Source: Eukaryota sp. TZLM1-RC (taxonomy: Eukaryota; Protista; Metamonada: BaSk clade). Taken from it: a stretch of 64,000 nucleotides of DNA. Position 1 is the stretch's first letter, and every line of letters starts with the position of its first letter. The notes below the pieces were generated by a model. It worked only from the letters and a program-made list of their open reading frames with translations. It was not told where the DNA came from and ran no database searches. Location of the stretch: positions 2,790,001-2,854,000 of the forward strand of contig JAUPSS010000003.1 of NCBI GenBank assembly GCA_040285825.1, given 5' to 3'. Made by a program: the position numbers and the translations under genes. Of this stretch, positions 1-12,954 are shown piece after piece.

Positions 1-3000
1 ATCTCTCTAAGTCATCGAAGTAAACGCCAGAAGAACCAGATCAATAAGGGTTGTACATGACAATTTTCTGAGGTTGAATTTGACCATCGAATTTCCCAAG
101 TTTCAAATGTCATCAACGTTGCCAAACGTTGTTTGGATCACATTCAGTCAACTGTTGTTTCTATCAACCTTGACAATGATAACGATAACAAGACGTTGTT
201 TTTTGTACTCAAAAAGGTCGAAAAGACATTCACGTTAAAGTTGCATGAGGACGGGATTGATTGTCCACCCATGGAAATCAACTTTTATAATGAAAGTGTT
301 CGAGTCAGGAGACCACCTCGTAGGTTAAACCCTGAGAAGCAGAAAGTCGCTAAAAAAATTTTCGTCTAACTCGTCCAATCTGGATTCGCTGTTCAATAGA
401 ACCATAACTTCAGCTTTCCAGTGTGTTTAGTGGTATACCTATTGATCGTAAGCTTCGTTTTATCAAGTGTTTACAGTGGGAAATACGGCATCAATGCTGA
501 CAGCATACCCGTTAAATAAAATTTTTCAAGAATATCTGATGTGCTTGTCTTCCTTTCGGAAGCAAACTATATAGGCACCTTAGATCTCGACAAAGCCTTC
601 TTGCCAGTGAAGATTGTAGAGAAGAGCATTGAGAAAACAGCACTGAACAATCCTGGCAATAGCATTATGTTCAAACGAACAGCTTTTGGCCTCAAAAACG
701 TGCCAGTTGTGTTTCAAAACGTCATGTCTGAAAACTTTTTCCGGTGATGGAATTTTAATCTTGATAGACTATCATCATTATCGGTAGTTACTTCAATGAG
801 CTCGTCGATCGTTTAAGACGTTTCTTCGAGCAAGATCGTATTTATAGAGTTAGGTTTGGCCTGATCAAGTGTCATTTCGTGTCTTCAAGACACCCAATAT
901 ATATTTGGCAGCAGCTTCCAAAACAAGACCAGAAAGAAAGACCCTACACACACTGACTTTTTTCTGAATTTTCCAAGACCGAAGACATTGAGAGACGCCC
1001 AAAGACCTATTGGTTCAGTCAACTTCATTAGGGAATGGCTTCCTCAAGTAACGAAGCATCTTGCACCTATCATCAAATTAACCCATGGAAAGCACCTGTC
1101 GCCTGCAGTGGACAGACACCTGGGAAATATCAAACGCCTATTAACTGAGCACATGCCCCTCAACTTACCTCTTACAGAGAACCAAGTCTCGATTAGTTGT
1201 GAAACTTCCGATAACGCTGTTCGCAGTGTCATTTGAGAACAAATCGAACTTGTAGAGTACCCTGATACAACCTTGTTTAACAAGAAATGCAGGCCAATCA
1301 GCTTTTTCAGCCATTAGTTAACAAACTCACAACAGAACTGGCCTTAAAGTTAGAAAAAGCTTTACGCTATATTTCGGTTGTTGACCGAAAATAGCTTCGA
1401 AAACTGCCTCAAAAAAAGGCGACTGATCATGTTTACATGTAATCAACACCTGATTTACAAGGTCACCGCACACAACAATCCAACAAGAACAGAGTAGTAA
1501 AAGGGTGGCTACCAATCTTCTCTGTGTTTCTATTCGACATTGTTCACACCAAAGGGGAAGAAAATCACTGTGTTGATTTGTTATCTAGAATAGTCCCGCC
1601 CCAAGACACGCACTCGGAAAAGATTGGCTCAGTGAACGAGATGGAGTTTCATCCAATCTTTTACACTGAAAGGATTGACGAAACAGTGCCCGAAACATGC
1701 TTCGTGAAAATCCTCGACACCTTCGAGAAGGTTTTTATCCTTCAAGACAGATGCTCCAACGGCCTTCCGCTATTTGAGCCATAGCTACGCAGGATCAGGT
1801 CCGAACAACAGCGCGCTGCCCCTTCTAAGGACACCTAGTTCAACAACTGTACTCTGTACAGCCGTTGAGGTCTTTATCTAACCCCCGAACACAAGATAGT
1901 GATTCCGGAATCACTGGGCGAGGAAGCGCTTAATTTTCTGAACGGACTCCCTTATGATTATTACCCCAGCAAATCTGAGTGTCTTTTCAGACTTCAAAAC
2001 AGTAATATTGGCGGTTCAACATGGTCTCTAGTATGACCAAGCACGTTCAAGAATGCCCGTCCTATCAGAAGACAGCAACAGTACTTGCACTGCATGTTTC
2101 CACTAGTGATGCCTTGTAGCCTGACAGACCATTGGCTAGAGTTAACGTTGACGTTATTGGTCCTCATTGCGAGGACTAAAACGGTCACAAGTACATTCTA
2201 GTATTTTTAGACAAACTCGCGAGATCCACGGTTATCACACTTCTGAAGGAAATCTGTCCCAACCTGACCGCTGACGCTCTATGGAAGGTTTGTGTTATAT
2301 CTGAATTTCCGTTTTTAGTCCATTGCGAGATCGGTCTTAAATTGTCCAAAGCCGTAATCGACGCTCTTTGGGAATTTCTGGGCATAAAGATCCCCAACTA
2401 CGTCCTTCACTTCTCTCAGCCCAACGGTTTAGTTGAGCGCCGTCACCGTGGCATTCTACAAAATCTAAGGAAGCTGCTAGTACACTTTAACGCCTATAAC
2501 GCTTGGTCTGATTACCTTTTATTTTTACAATTGCTGATCAACTCATCCCAGAGTTCAATCACTGGACACTCACTATAGGAGCTCATGTCTGGGTCGACTA
2601 CTAGTTCCATGTCAGACCCAGAAAGTATCCTTACAACCCTTGAAAGCTCAACGTTTGCTTCGTCCTACATCAACGAGATTAATTTAAATTGCTAGATTGA
2701 ACAAAAAGCAGAAAGAGGCTGAGTGCCGTTAAGCTTCCACAGCTGCTTCCATAAAAAACTCACCTAAAGCCAAGGTCTTTCTCTCCAGGTCAACTGGTCA
2801 AATGAGCTTATTCAACCATTGCTAAACTGCATGGTAACTATAAAGGATCATTTCTTGTAATTGACGCCCCTTCCACCTCCACAGCCAACATTAAGAACCT
2901 GTGTACTGAAATGGTGGTCAAGGCCAGCTGTCATCACCTTCAGCCTTAATTTCCAAAACTCTCACCTAATGATCAATTTCATTCCTGGCTGGATGTTGGT

Positions 3001-3270
3001 GATGTTGAATAACACGTCATTCAGAAGGTTCTTAGCTAAACAGTCATTACTGCAGGGTTCAATGACCAGATAATCATGTCACTAACTGAGCTGATCTCTA
3101 CCCATCGGAATAATGCCACCTATAAAGCTTTCTCCAAGGCTTCATCTAGTATTCGCTCCTCACTCTCCCGTCGTCACCGTCGTTTTGATCGTCATTACAA
3201 TAGTACGATTACTTCTGCCTCGTCTAGGCCTCGACGCTTGAAATGGAGAAATGGCAGTCTTCGCCTTGGT
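1..3270 (+). mobile_element. Decayed Ty3/Gypsy pol (RT, RNase H, integrase remnants), same family as 24989-31977
   Basis: Fragments 'GTLDLDKAF...MFKRTAFGLKNVPVVFQN', 'GSVNFIREWL', 'SQPNGLVERRHR' are colinear with and similar to pol at 28088-31783; many stops and frameshifts; no LTR seen. Confidence 0.9.
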
Positions 3271-4289
3271 TAGCTTTATAAATAATCTTTGTGTTTATTA
3301 TATAGTCTATTATAGTTTACATGTATATGTGCCCTAGCACTTTAGTCGAAAGAAAATTTTTTGCCTTTGTAATAACTTTCTTTACATTTACCTTGGTATA
3401 AATTCGCACCACAGATATCACATGTGGTATATTTGAAATTGGTATTTTTGACAGAACAAGGTATCATCAGAAAAAACAAGACCACCATTACTTTTGGGTA
3501 AATACGGATAATCCATTTTAGCAGTTCTAATGACACAAAGCCATGACTTAAACAACCTACTCAACAGCAATGTAGTAGTAGCTTCAATTAATGTGCACGG
3601 TAATTCATGTAGTTGTAAATACCAATGTAAAAATTATGGAACAAATAATTCAATTATTTGGGTCTTCATAGTGGGTAATGATGTTTGATTCTGTAGATAT
3701 CTTATCAAATCTTCAATTTTTTACAAAACATAATTGGAGATACTAACGGCATGACACTTATCTCTTGGGGATTGTTTACCTAAAACCCTGAAACCCTTCT
3801 CTTTGCTTGTCAACATAGTAAGTTCGAAATCATTTATTCGTCAAAACGGATTGGTTATTGTAAATTTGTGGTTAATTTTTGAATAACAGAGAACACCTGA
3901 TTTTATTACAATTGAAACTATACAATTAGTCCATTCGAGACCAGAAAATAATATTTGGGAGCAAAAGGAGAGATGATTCTGATCTACTGAATAAATTAAG
4001 GTCATTAGCAAAAGTAATATTTGTTTTACCAATACCTAATGTAATTGCTATCCCGTGTTACGTGATAATTTTAGCAGAACATCAAGGGTTAATGAAATTT
4101 TAATAACATTAACAAATAAAATAGGGGACAACAAGATCCCTTGCAAGTTTTTTTATATAATTTAGGTTGTACCAAACTGAGACAACCAAAATAAACAACT
4201 AAATATTCAAAACTGTCTAAATACACAAAATTCAAACAAAATGTTTAGATTAAAAATGTAGATGTGGTGCTTGTGCTTCTCTTAATCAC

Positions 4290-4790
4290 ATTATTTGCTA
4301 CTGTGAATTCACTCAAACTTTCACTCTGGTTTTTGGATCAATAAAAGCCACTGCTGTCCGTGATTGTATAAACGATTTCGTAAAGTGTGCTTATGATCCA
4401 GTTCGTTTAGAACCACTGTTTGATGCATTGAGTTTGAGCCAAAAACGAAATGACATTCAATGTGCATGGTCTACTGGAACAGAACAAATCAATGATTGTA
4501 CCACTTTATCTCCGTGAATAAAGAGTTCCATTTCTGGCATTCAACATTTACTCAAAGCTCCAGAACATTTGAAGAAATCAAATTTCGAAATTGTTATTCA
4601 ATAATAAAATGGACCAAGAGGCAGAAAAGGCAAAATAGTCCCTCTTAGGATGTCAATTTTTGGTACTTTTGGAAGTGAAGGCCTACTCTGTTAGATAATT
4701 TAGAAAAACTTCTCCAAGAAGGTGAGAGAATTATTTATTTATTTATCTAAGAGAATTGTTGAATTATTTCATCGTCAGAGAATCGTACAT
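4290..4790 (+). pseudogene. Highly decayed non-LTR retrotransposon endonuclease (RLE) remnant
   Basis: Broken reading gives 'LEPLFDAL..KRNDI' and 'MSIFGTFGSEG', resembling the C-termini of the RLE elements in this window. Confidence 0.45.
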
Positions 4791-4901
4791 GTTGACTATT
4801 TATGATGATAATATAATAATATAATCACTAATTGTATACATTTTCTATTCATAATTACTAATAGATATTTATTGTTTCAATTGAAATATTGGACACTAAA
4901 A

Positions 4902-5842
4902 CTAAACCTTACTGTGAGATGATTCTGGAATTAGCAGGCTTTTGTGCTGTGCTAGTTCCTTTGAGGTACTAATCACTGTTGGTTCGGCAACATCGCAAAC
5001 TTGAACTAGATGATGCATGGAAATATCCTTATTGAGTTGTTGGCAGACAAAATGGATAACAGCAGACGCCACAGTAGAAGGTTGTCTATTCATACAGATA
5101 CGATGACGTTGGCACTCCTTCACTGCATACAGAATTGCTGCAGTCACAGATTTTTCAAGACGCAAATTATTACAGAATCTAGGAACAAGATGTGAGGCAG
5201 AAGTGCCACACGGAATATCGAGTCCAGCTACCTTTCGGACAAACTTAACATTCTTCCCAATTTCATTAGGACTCAAGGTAGTAGCACAAGAAATTTCCTT
5301 GTAACTCCTGCTGAGTTCATGTTCTGCAAAAGAATGGTACAGACACGCAGCAATAATACCTTCTTGAGGTCTACCACGTATACTCTGTTTAGACCTTACC
5401 AAATGAAAGATCTCAAGGGCCCTGTTCTTGATATTGTCATTACAACCCAAGCGAGTACCCATTTTTTCCATTTCGTTATTTGCCTTCACTAGGGCTCGTT
5501 GAATTGAAGACTGTGTGGAAGATAAATGTGGGCGACGTCCCCTTTGTTGCTCGCCTTCTCCAATAGTTGTTGTCAGGTTTCCGTGACCAAATAACGTATT
5601 ACTGGGTCCTCCAACACGGTTTCCAGTGTCACTTGTCGAATCTGAGAAGCTTCTCCATTCAGAACCAGTATCTATAATTCCCCGCTGTGAGACAAGTCCA
5701 CATAGCTTGCAGACAAGGTTTCCGTGGCGGTGGTCTATAGTGAGGTGTTGATGCCGAAGAGAGAGTTTGGTAGGAACACTGACATACCTTCTACAAGTGA
5801 AGGCACTTTTGGTTTACATTCAACACAATACAGAAGTGACAT
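4902..5842 (-). CDS. TFIIB: Transcription initiation factor IIB; exons 5842-5788 and 5734-4902, 53-nt intron 5735-5787
   Basis: Spliced N-terminus MSLLYCVECKPKVPSLVEDHRHGNLVCKLCGLV (Zn ribbon), B-reader SEWRSF, RVGGP, two cyclin repeats; intron GTATGT...TATAG. Confidence 0.95.
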
Positions 5843-5912
5843 CGGCTAGCTGCACAAAAATGTCAAATAGTAGTAACCCGTTGAGATTACTGGAATATGA
5901 AGATGAAATGAA

Positions 5913-7130
5913 TCAAAATCTTTTCAAAACTTGAGGACTTTCATTTCCTTTGATATACTCATCCACAACATGATTCATATTAAGAACAGCATTGACATTA
6001 CGATTCCATAGACATCCACACTTTTTGCAAGTGAGTTATCCATGTCTAAGGACCGTTGGAATCTTTACTCTCCTGTAAGGTCTTGGATTAGGTACTCGAT
6101 GTTTCTTTACATTTTCGCCTTCTTTTCTCTCGACTACCCATGCATGACATTGACAACTTGTTCTATATTCATCCAGCAGCAATCACCAGAAGTTGCGTTT
6201 TTTAAACATCTTTCGATAACCAACATTCTTTGTAGGTGCTTGATGTTTAAAATTGGTATGCCTCCAATCACCCATCACTACAATGTTTTTTTGGACCTCC
6301 AAACTTATTTTCAAATTCAATCATCCATTTTGCTTCAAACCTCTCTGTGGCCATGAATTTTCGTTGTTTCATCACTCTCAATTCTTTGTTAATGTAAACC
6401 CTCCAATATGCATAGATAAGTTGTTTTTTGCCTAGTTTAGGAATTCTTCATGATCCAGAGTTTTCTTTGAAAATTGTTTTAATTCTTCTTCCCATTCCTT
6501 TACAGTTTTGTTTTGATAAATCTATGATTCTTTAGCATCCTTATAGAATTTTTGATGGTCTTTGTTCAGAGTTTCGCTTCTTCTTTGAGGAGCAGTGATC
6601 TTCTCAAATGTAAATTTCTTTAGTGTTGTTTTCTTGTTTTCATCTGGTGGAGGAGGATTTTGTTTTGGCCCCTGAAAAGAAAAAGCTGAAGTCTAGAATC
6701 TTTTGTTTTGTCTTTTTTTCATTCAGTTAATAAATGCTCTATTTCTTCCTTTGTTTTCTTCATGGCGCAATTCGTACCATTCTTATCTTGAATCTGTTGG
6801 GTTCAGTTAACCTGTTTGGATTTCGGCAATTTAATTTTCGTTTCCTAGCCATCAATAGGTCCTTAATGAAAAAATTAAAGCAGTAATCTTTCTGTTGGAA
6901 AGCTCTTTTACCCGTTCGAAAATCCCATTTCCAATATTGATGTTGGATTTTTTCCATATTTTCTCCAAGAAGAGCTTCAGAATTTCTCCAGTAAAGGGAT
7001 TCATCGGGGATCAGAATTCAGTAAATTGCCTGTGTGTACCAGAAAGCATGCCTAGGTATTTCAGTTGTCTGAAATGGAAATAACTTCTTTCTAATTGGAT
7101 GTGACTTTGGCAATTTCAAATTAATATTTG
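5913..7130 (-). pseudogene. Fanzor1-like (eukaryotic TnpB) RNA-guided nuclease pseudogene, copy 1
   Basis: Manual translation across stops and frameshifts: LFPFQTTEIPRH...QRRSET...TVKEWEEEL...FGGP..IVVMGDW...APTKNVGYRKMF...LLDEYRTSCQCH...NPRPY..RHG*LTCKKCGCLWNRNVNAVLN (RuvC-II, Zn finger, RuvC-III). Confidence 0.85.
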
Positions 7131-7399
7131 TCTTATATCCGCAAAAACTAGAGCCTCAGCATTTCAGAGCGTCATCCATTAAAATGTAATTAAATCTTTG
7201 AATTAAACGCAAATGTACCATTACATTGGGCAAAAAGAAATGTAGATTATGAAACAAATATATGGTTCTAGCCCACTAGAACCGACTAGAACAAGCAACA
7301 ATAACTGTTTCAAATCATCAACGATCCCGGCTCGATTTGAAAAACTTGTCTTCAGTTTATAAAAAATATCAATTAAAACAAATAAATCTATGAAGAGAT

Positions 7400-10300
7400 T
7401 TTTTGTATTTATTGAATTTGCACACTTGATTAAATTAAATCATAACTAATGGGACGACTATCATTAAACCAAGATTTCCTCTACAAAATCTTGATTTGCT
7501 TGCTGTCTAGCTAAAGCTTCTCTAATTCGATTGAAAAACCGCGGTAATCTATTAATAATGGCAAATTGAATCCGTGAACGCCATAAAAAAAATATCAAAT
7601 CTTTTCATTGTTTTTTCTTTCACCATTTTTTGGAAGTCATCCAAAAAAGTTTCTGCTTCAACTGATAATCTTCCATTTATCGAAAATGGGAAAGCAATGA
7701 AAACCAGCTGTGTATTTCTATCGACATTTGCATCTTCAATATCTTTATCATATTTTCTATGTTTCTCTTTTGTTTTAAAATCCAGAGCAGCCACAGGATT
7801 AAGTTTTCTTCTGTGAACCAAAGTATAATTTGCAACATTACATGAGACAAAGTCAACAATAGCTTCAGAATTATCAATCCAATCACAGTATACATCACCT
7901 CTATCATCAGAACCAAAATTATTCAGAGAAAGTGTTTCCTTCAGCAGGGGCTCTTTGATACACGATATTCTTGCAGTTTGTGCCATATTGAAAACAGTGT
8001 CTCTAACAGCATCATGTAATGAAGAACGATAAGTTATCAATTTAGAGCAATTTAGAGCATGGCGCAAAGTGAGTTGAGGTGAATTCGAACAAATACATTT
8101 TTCTTTTGATAATAATTGGTTAATGGGGATGTTCAAATATAATCTCATTTTTGTTACAAATGCTTCATTAGTGGCACACAATCCAAATCTTCGTGGTACA
8201 ATGGTTACAAAAAGTGAAGAATCTGACGCCTTGTTTGCACAAACACCCTTTTCCAATAACAATGAGTGAAGATCTTGATTTATAACAGCCGAGCTGCAAA
8301 TATTATTATAAAGATCTTTTTCATACATTCCAGTCAATCTTTTCTGTAATGTTCGAAGAGTGTACTTCAAATTTAAAACATTTTTTTCTGGAATATTGCC
8401 ATTGAATGATTGGGGAAAACATCGACCCCATTTTTCTACATCAATTCTTGAAATTTCTTCATTTAATGCAAAAACAGTGGAACTTTGCGTTGTCATCAAT
8501 AAATCTTCCCAATCTGCAAATCTTTCGGAAAACTCAAAGATTGCATTTCTGCATCCACCAACAAAAGCACACGAGGTAAGAATAGAAGCCTTCGTCTACC
8601 CTAAACCGCCATAATGTGGACTAAGGTATGCATGATCTGGAATTTGAAACATTTTACATCCCAGTAATTGAGACAGAACTTTTGCACGTAACTCATTAAA
8701 CTTCTGAGCCAAAGGTCTAGTGACGAGAGGATTTGTAGATCGAAATATATGATTAAAATTGGAACTAAAACACAGTCTTATAATGGTAAATTTGATGTGT
8801 TTTTTTATATCTAAATTTATCATTCGGTCAATTTTGTCAGAAATTGAGTTCAACTTTTCAAACAATTTTGTGGTAATTTCATCATTATTTCCTAAAAACG
8901 AACCCAAATGACGAATAGCATCAATTGAACATAATTTGGCTTGAACTTCAATATCATCAATTATTGTGGAAACTGGAGAATTCGATAACAAAACACACTT
9001 AAGTAAATTAAGTCGGAGACCAATTTTGGTAAATAATTCTTTAAAACATACAGTTGCTTTTTTCACAATATTTAAATCACCAATAAGCACAACATCATCC
9101 ATATATGCAATCATTTTTAGTGAAGGAAACATCTCTTGAATTTGCAGTAGAATAGGATGAATGGCCAAACAAAACAAAAGAGGTCCTAACGGATCTCCTT
9201 GCTTTACGCCACTTGATGAACTCAAAATGTTGTTACCAAAATGTAAATTAGAATATGTGCAATATGTTGATTGAAAATATGATAACTAATTCCGGCATAT
9301 ATTACAATAGAGCACCATGGATACTGCGACGACTTAGTGAATTGAAAGCATTACTAAAATCCAATAATGACATGCAAACATTGGATTCATTTTGACGAAA
9401 TAAGACATCAGTAGCAAAAATCGCTGAAGAGACTCCATCTGTAGTATTTATACCATATTGAAAGGGTAATAAGATCTTTTTAGCTTTTTCATTGAACCTG
9501 CTTAAGCAACACGCAGAAAAAATATTGTGTAAGCTCTCAGAGACTGCAATAGGACGAACATCCATTTTTGAATTTTTGACAAGTGCAGTCAAACGAGAAC
9601 TTCTTAATTCTTCTGGGTATTTGCGTTGACCAGATAATATTTGGTTGAAAAATTTGGTCAATAAACCAAGGCAATCTTCTGAAGAAATAATCGCGGCTTT
9701 TACATGATCAATAGTAATACCAGAAAGTCCGGCAGACTTACCACGAGGTCTCTTTTTGATAACCGAAAAAACTTCTGATGGCATCAATGGAAAATTTTCC
9801 CAGTATGTGCCGTAAAAATTTTGATCCATTATAGGGTCTTCATAAGGATGAAGTATTTTCAGTTTATCTATTGTATTTTCATTGTTCGGTGCTTTAACTC
9901 CGGGACTTAAAGCTGACAAAGCCTTGGACCATTTGTTGTCAAAGCATTTGTCTTCAAAAATTTTACTTAATTTCTCGGATGACTGATTTCTCGGTGCTAT
10001 ATTAGTTAAATCTTCGGAAATATTAACGAAATTTTGTTCAAAAGGAGGACAAAAAGAACCAAAAAATTCCCAAATAATATTGATAGCATACTTTCCTTTA
10101 CATAATTGATCCAAAAATCTTTGAAAAACGAAAGCAAATTCATTGCATTTGGTCGGATGAATTTCTTGAGGTATTCTTATAGGAGGATGGTAGTTATCAA
10201 CTATGCGGCATTTCAAGCAGCGGTCAGAAGTTTTTCCTTTGCATTTTTTCTAAAAGAAATACCACAAGTGTTGCAAGTTTTGTGCTTTAATCGGTTGCAA

Positions 10301-10743
10301 ACTGGTTTTGCAACAATTTGTGGAGCATTATTTATGGGTTCTACCTTAGACTCTTTCCTTCTAATAAATTTTCTTTTACATTTTGTTTCAGAATTTGCCG
10401 CATCATTTTTTCCAACATTGGGGCATGTTCGAGCATTATGTCCCTGTTGTCGACACTTTGAGCATCTGTAGGAGCGTGGCTTTGTTTTTGAACAAACTTT
10501 GTTTTTATCGTGATTGTCTAAAAATTCTTGATCAAATTTTTTTTGTCCAAAAATGAAGAGAGAAGAGGTTGAGGAGGAGAGGTGGAAAGGACGTCTTGAG
10601 CATCTTGTTGACTATCGTTCTTTCTTTTGACTCTATTAGAATCAGAAACTGATTCAGGCATCAACAAGAAAGAATAGAAGCAATGATCTCGGTTCAGCCA
10701 GGTTTTAAGTTAAACGGTTATATGTAGAGGAAGAAAAAAAAAT
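7400..10743 (-). mobile_element. Full-length RLE-type (CRE/R2-like) non-LTR retrotransposon, family A
   Basis: Zn knuckle CSKCRQQGHNARTC, RT (RPIAV, QGDPLGP, YMDD), CxC..HxxxC, RLE motifs (HD, RGD..D, KxxKY); 9-bp TSD TGAAGAGAT at 7391-7399 and 10744-10752; near-identical to 45730-49069. Confidence 0.95.
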
Positions 10744-10967
10744 TGAAGAGATGAATAGAATATACTTCAAAGAAGCAAAGGAATCTCAATATTCTGAAAC
10801 ACTATAGCTTGTGATCATTCCATTAGATTTAAGATAAAAATTTGGGACACCATCAGGTAGTGACTTGCAAGAAGTGGTAATCCAATAAAAAATATAAATT
10901 ATTAATATTTATTTTTCAGTCTTTTGGAATGATTAAGATCAATACTACTGAAGTAGGTCTTAGAAAT

Positions 10968-10998
10968 CCGAATGTTCGGACACTACCCGAATGTTCGG
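10968..10998. repeat. Two copies of near-palindrome CCGAATGTTCGG
   Basis: At 10968-10979 and 10987-10998; resembles the CCGAACGTTCGG subterminal motifs of the element at 41134-41718. Confidence 0.6.
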
Positions 10999-11067
10999 CT
11001 GACCTGGTTAAGTAATGCTATCATTGAATGATGTATTAAGAAAAAAGTAAATTCAACCATTATTTCA

Positions 11068-11661
11068 ATGGATGTGATTACTGACTTCTTTATAGCCCAT
11101 CAGTTCACCTTGGATACTCACAAAAAGGATTTAGATATCATTTCTGACCGACAAACGTTAGTTTACTCATTTAAGGAGTTTCTAGAGGAGTATATATATG
11201 TAGTCGTTGCCTCTGGATTCAAAGGCCTTATTGCAGCTAAACTAACTCCACGACTATTCGAATGTGCTCATTCTACCTCCCAAATGTTGACTATATTTAA
11301 GAACACTCGTAAGGTCAATGCCATTCACAAAGTATTTAATATGCAAAATGACTGGACTAAAATAAGACATTCATTGAAATCTGCAGATGATCTAACGTTT
11401 CTGCCTTACATTGGGGACATAACTAAACACCACTTGGCAAGGAATATAGGCTTAGTCAGTGGAGTCAAACCAGACCTTCATCTAGTGAGATACTCTGGTA
11501 GTATAGGATTCGATAATGTTGAAGACATGATCAACACAGTTCAAACAACAACAAATACTGATCTTGCTAGAGGCAGTATTGACTTTTGTTTCTGGGTTTG
11601 GTTGTCCCATGACAAGGGTTCCATTAAACAGTGCTGTAATTCGTGTTATAGATTGAGATAA
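11068..11661 (+). CDS. Helix-hairpin-helix (HhH-GPD superfamily-like) protein
   Basis: Intact 197-aa ORF with HhH-like LTFLPYIGDITKHHLARNIG followed by KPDLHLVR. Confidence 0.65.
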   Translation: MDVITDFFIAHQFTLDTHKKDLDIISDRQTLVYSFKEFLEEYIYVVVASGFKGLIAAKLTPRLFECAHSTSQMLTIFKNTRKVNAIHKVFNMQNDWTKIRHSLKSADDLTFLPYIGDITKHHLARNIGLVSGVKPDLHLVRYSGSIGFDNVEDMINTVQTTTNTDLARGSIDFCFWVWLSHDKGSIKQCCNSCYRLR

Positions 11662-11856
11662 GTTGAGTTTATTCTGGAAGCTGATACTTCCTCACTAAGT
11701 TTGTGATGGTGGTTATTTCAACACCAATGGATAATAAAGCAATGCCATGTGAAGGGATTAAATGAATAAATAAGAACAAAAATATAAATACATAAATAGA
11801 AAATTGACTACAATAGACAATGAGTCTTTGAAATAACTTTTGAATCCTGTACAACG

Positions 11857-12903
11857 CTATTTCAATGATTTTGCACTTTTTCTTGACTGCCCGATACCTC
11901 TTATCTTCTCTAATCTTTTTTTATGTTCTTCAGCAACTGTTTTCCTCAACGGATTTTCTATTTCTACAAACTTTTTTAATTCAGACACTGTGGTAATTCC
12001 ATTTTGAACACCCATAATAATATCCTCAAACTCAGCCCGTAGCTTACGCTCCTCTCTGAACAAATCTAAAAGGGCCTCAAACTCCGAATGGTCTTCATGT
12101 GGGAAGAATTGAGCAAAAATTCTAGTTTCTTCAAAAAGAGCACGTTCCCAATTATCATCATTCTTATTTCGCCATTCCCTGCGATTGATGGGAAGAAGAT
12201 TTCTTTTCATCACAAAATCCTTTCTATAAGCTCGTTGTTCAACAATGTCACTGTATGCAGAGAACAGCTCCATTTGGAGCTCTTCTAGCAGAGCGGAATT
12301 GTCCTTTATAGTGGAAAAGGCAACTAAAACCTTGTCTGCATCATTTCTGTACTCCTCAACAAAGTCATGACGGAGGGGATTGTAGAGCACTTCTTGTTGT
12401 AGCTTCCGTTCTTCTTCTTCCTCTTTGGACTTTGGGTCAGGCAGTTCAGAAGGTGCCTTATCTGACGGTGGGGGAAGTTCTTCCACATGGTGGGGTGGGG
12501 GAGACTGTGTGCGGTGAGGAGGAACATAAGACAAATCAGGTAGATTGTTGGGTCCTTTGCAGTATATATCAATATAATGACGCTTTACTTCTGATGGAGT
12601 TACTTTACCAATGTGTTCAGCTATTCCTTCCCAATTACAAAGTCCATAAAGATCAATAGCTTCCATTAGAAGAAGTTCGTCCTCAGCGGACCAATGGTTT
12701 TCAAATAAAGGTCGAGACTGGAAGTCCACAACACGGTAACAGTGAGTTTTGCGGTGGTTTTCAAGTTCCACTCCTACAGAGAAACAGTTTACACAAAGGT
12801 CAAAGTCAGCACATTCAGCACAACGAATATGAACATCAGCACTGATATTAGTCCGACAGTTGTTACAGTGGTAGTCACGACTAGCAGTGACAACTGTACT
12901 CAT
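11857..12903 (-). CDS. ADA2: Transcriptional adaptor ADA2 (SAGA)
   Basis: ZZ finger CNNC..IRCAECADFDLCVNCF; SANT WSAEDELLLMEAIDLYGLCNW; YNPLRHDFVEEYRNDA motif. Confidence 0.92.
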   Translation of the reverse strand: MSTVVTASRDYHCNNCRTNISADVHIRCAECADFDLCVNCFSVGVELENHRKTHCYRVVDFQSRPLFENHWSAEDELLLMEAIDLYGLCNWEGIAEHIGKVTPSEVKRHYIDIYCKGPNNLPDLSYVPPHRTQSPPPHHVEELPPPSDKAPSELPDPKSKEEEEERKLQQEVLYNPLRHDFVEEYRNDADKVLVAFSTIKDNSALLEELQMELFSAYSDIVEQRAYRKDFVMKRNLLPINRREWRNKNDDNWERALFEETRIFAQFFPHEDHSEFEALLDLFREERKLRAEFEDIIMGVQNGITTVSELKKFVEIENPLRKTVAEEHKKRLEKIRGIGQSRKSAKSLK

Positions 12904-12954
12904 TGGTGAAGAGGTGCAATTTTTGTACTTATGTCAGTTTAATAATTGCTCTAT

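Noticed and set aside
3340-4160. ORFs 3342-3536 and 3841-4032 as genes
   Set aside because: Short and stop-riddled; probably old retrotransposon debris that I could not assign confidently
7264-7290. Hairpin GGTTCTAG-CCCA-CTAGAACC plus CTAG as a Helitron 3' end
   Set aside because: Spacing and the following base do not fit, and no Rep/helicase is nearby
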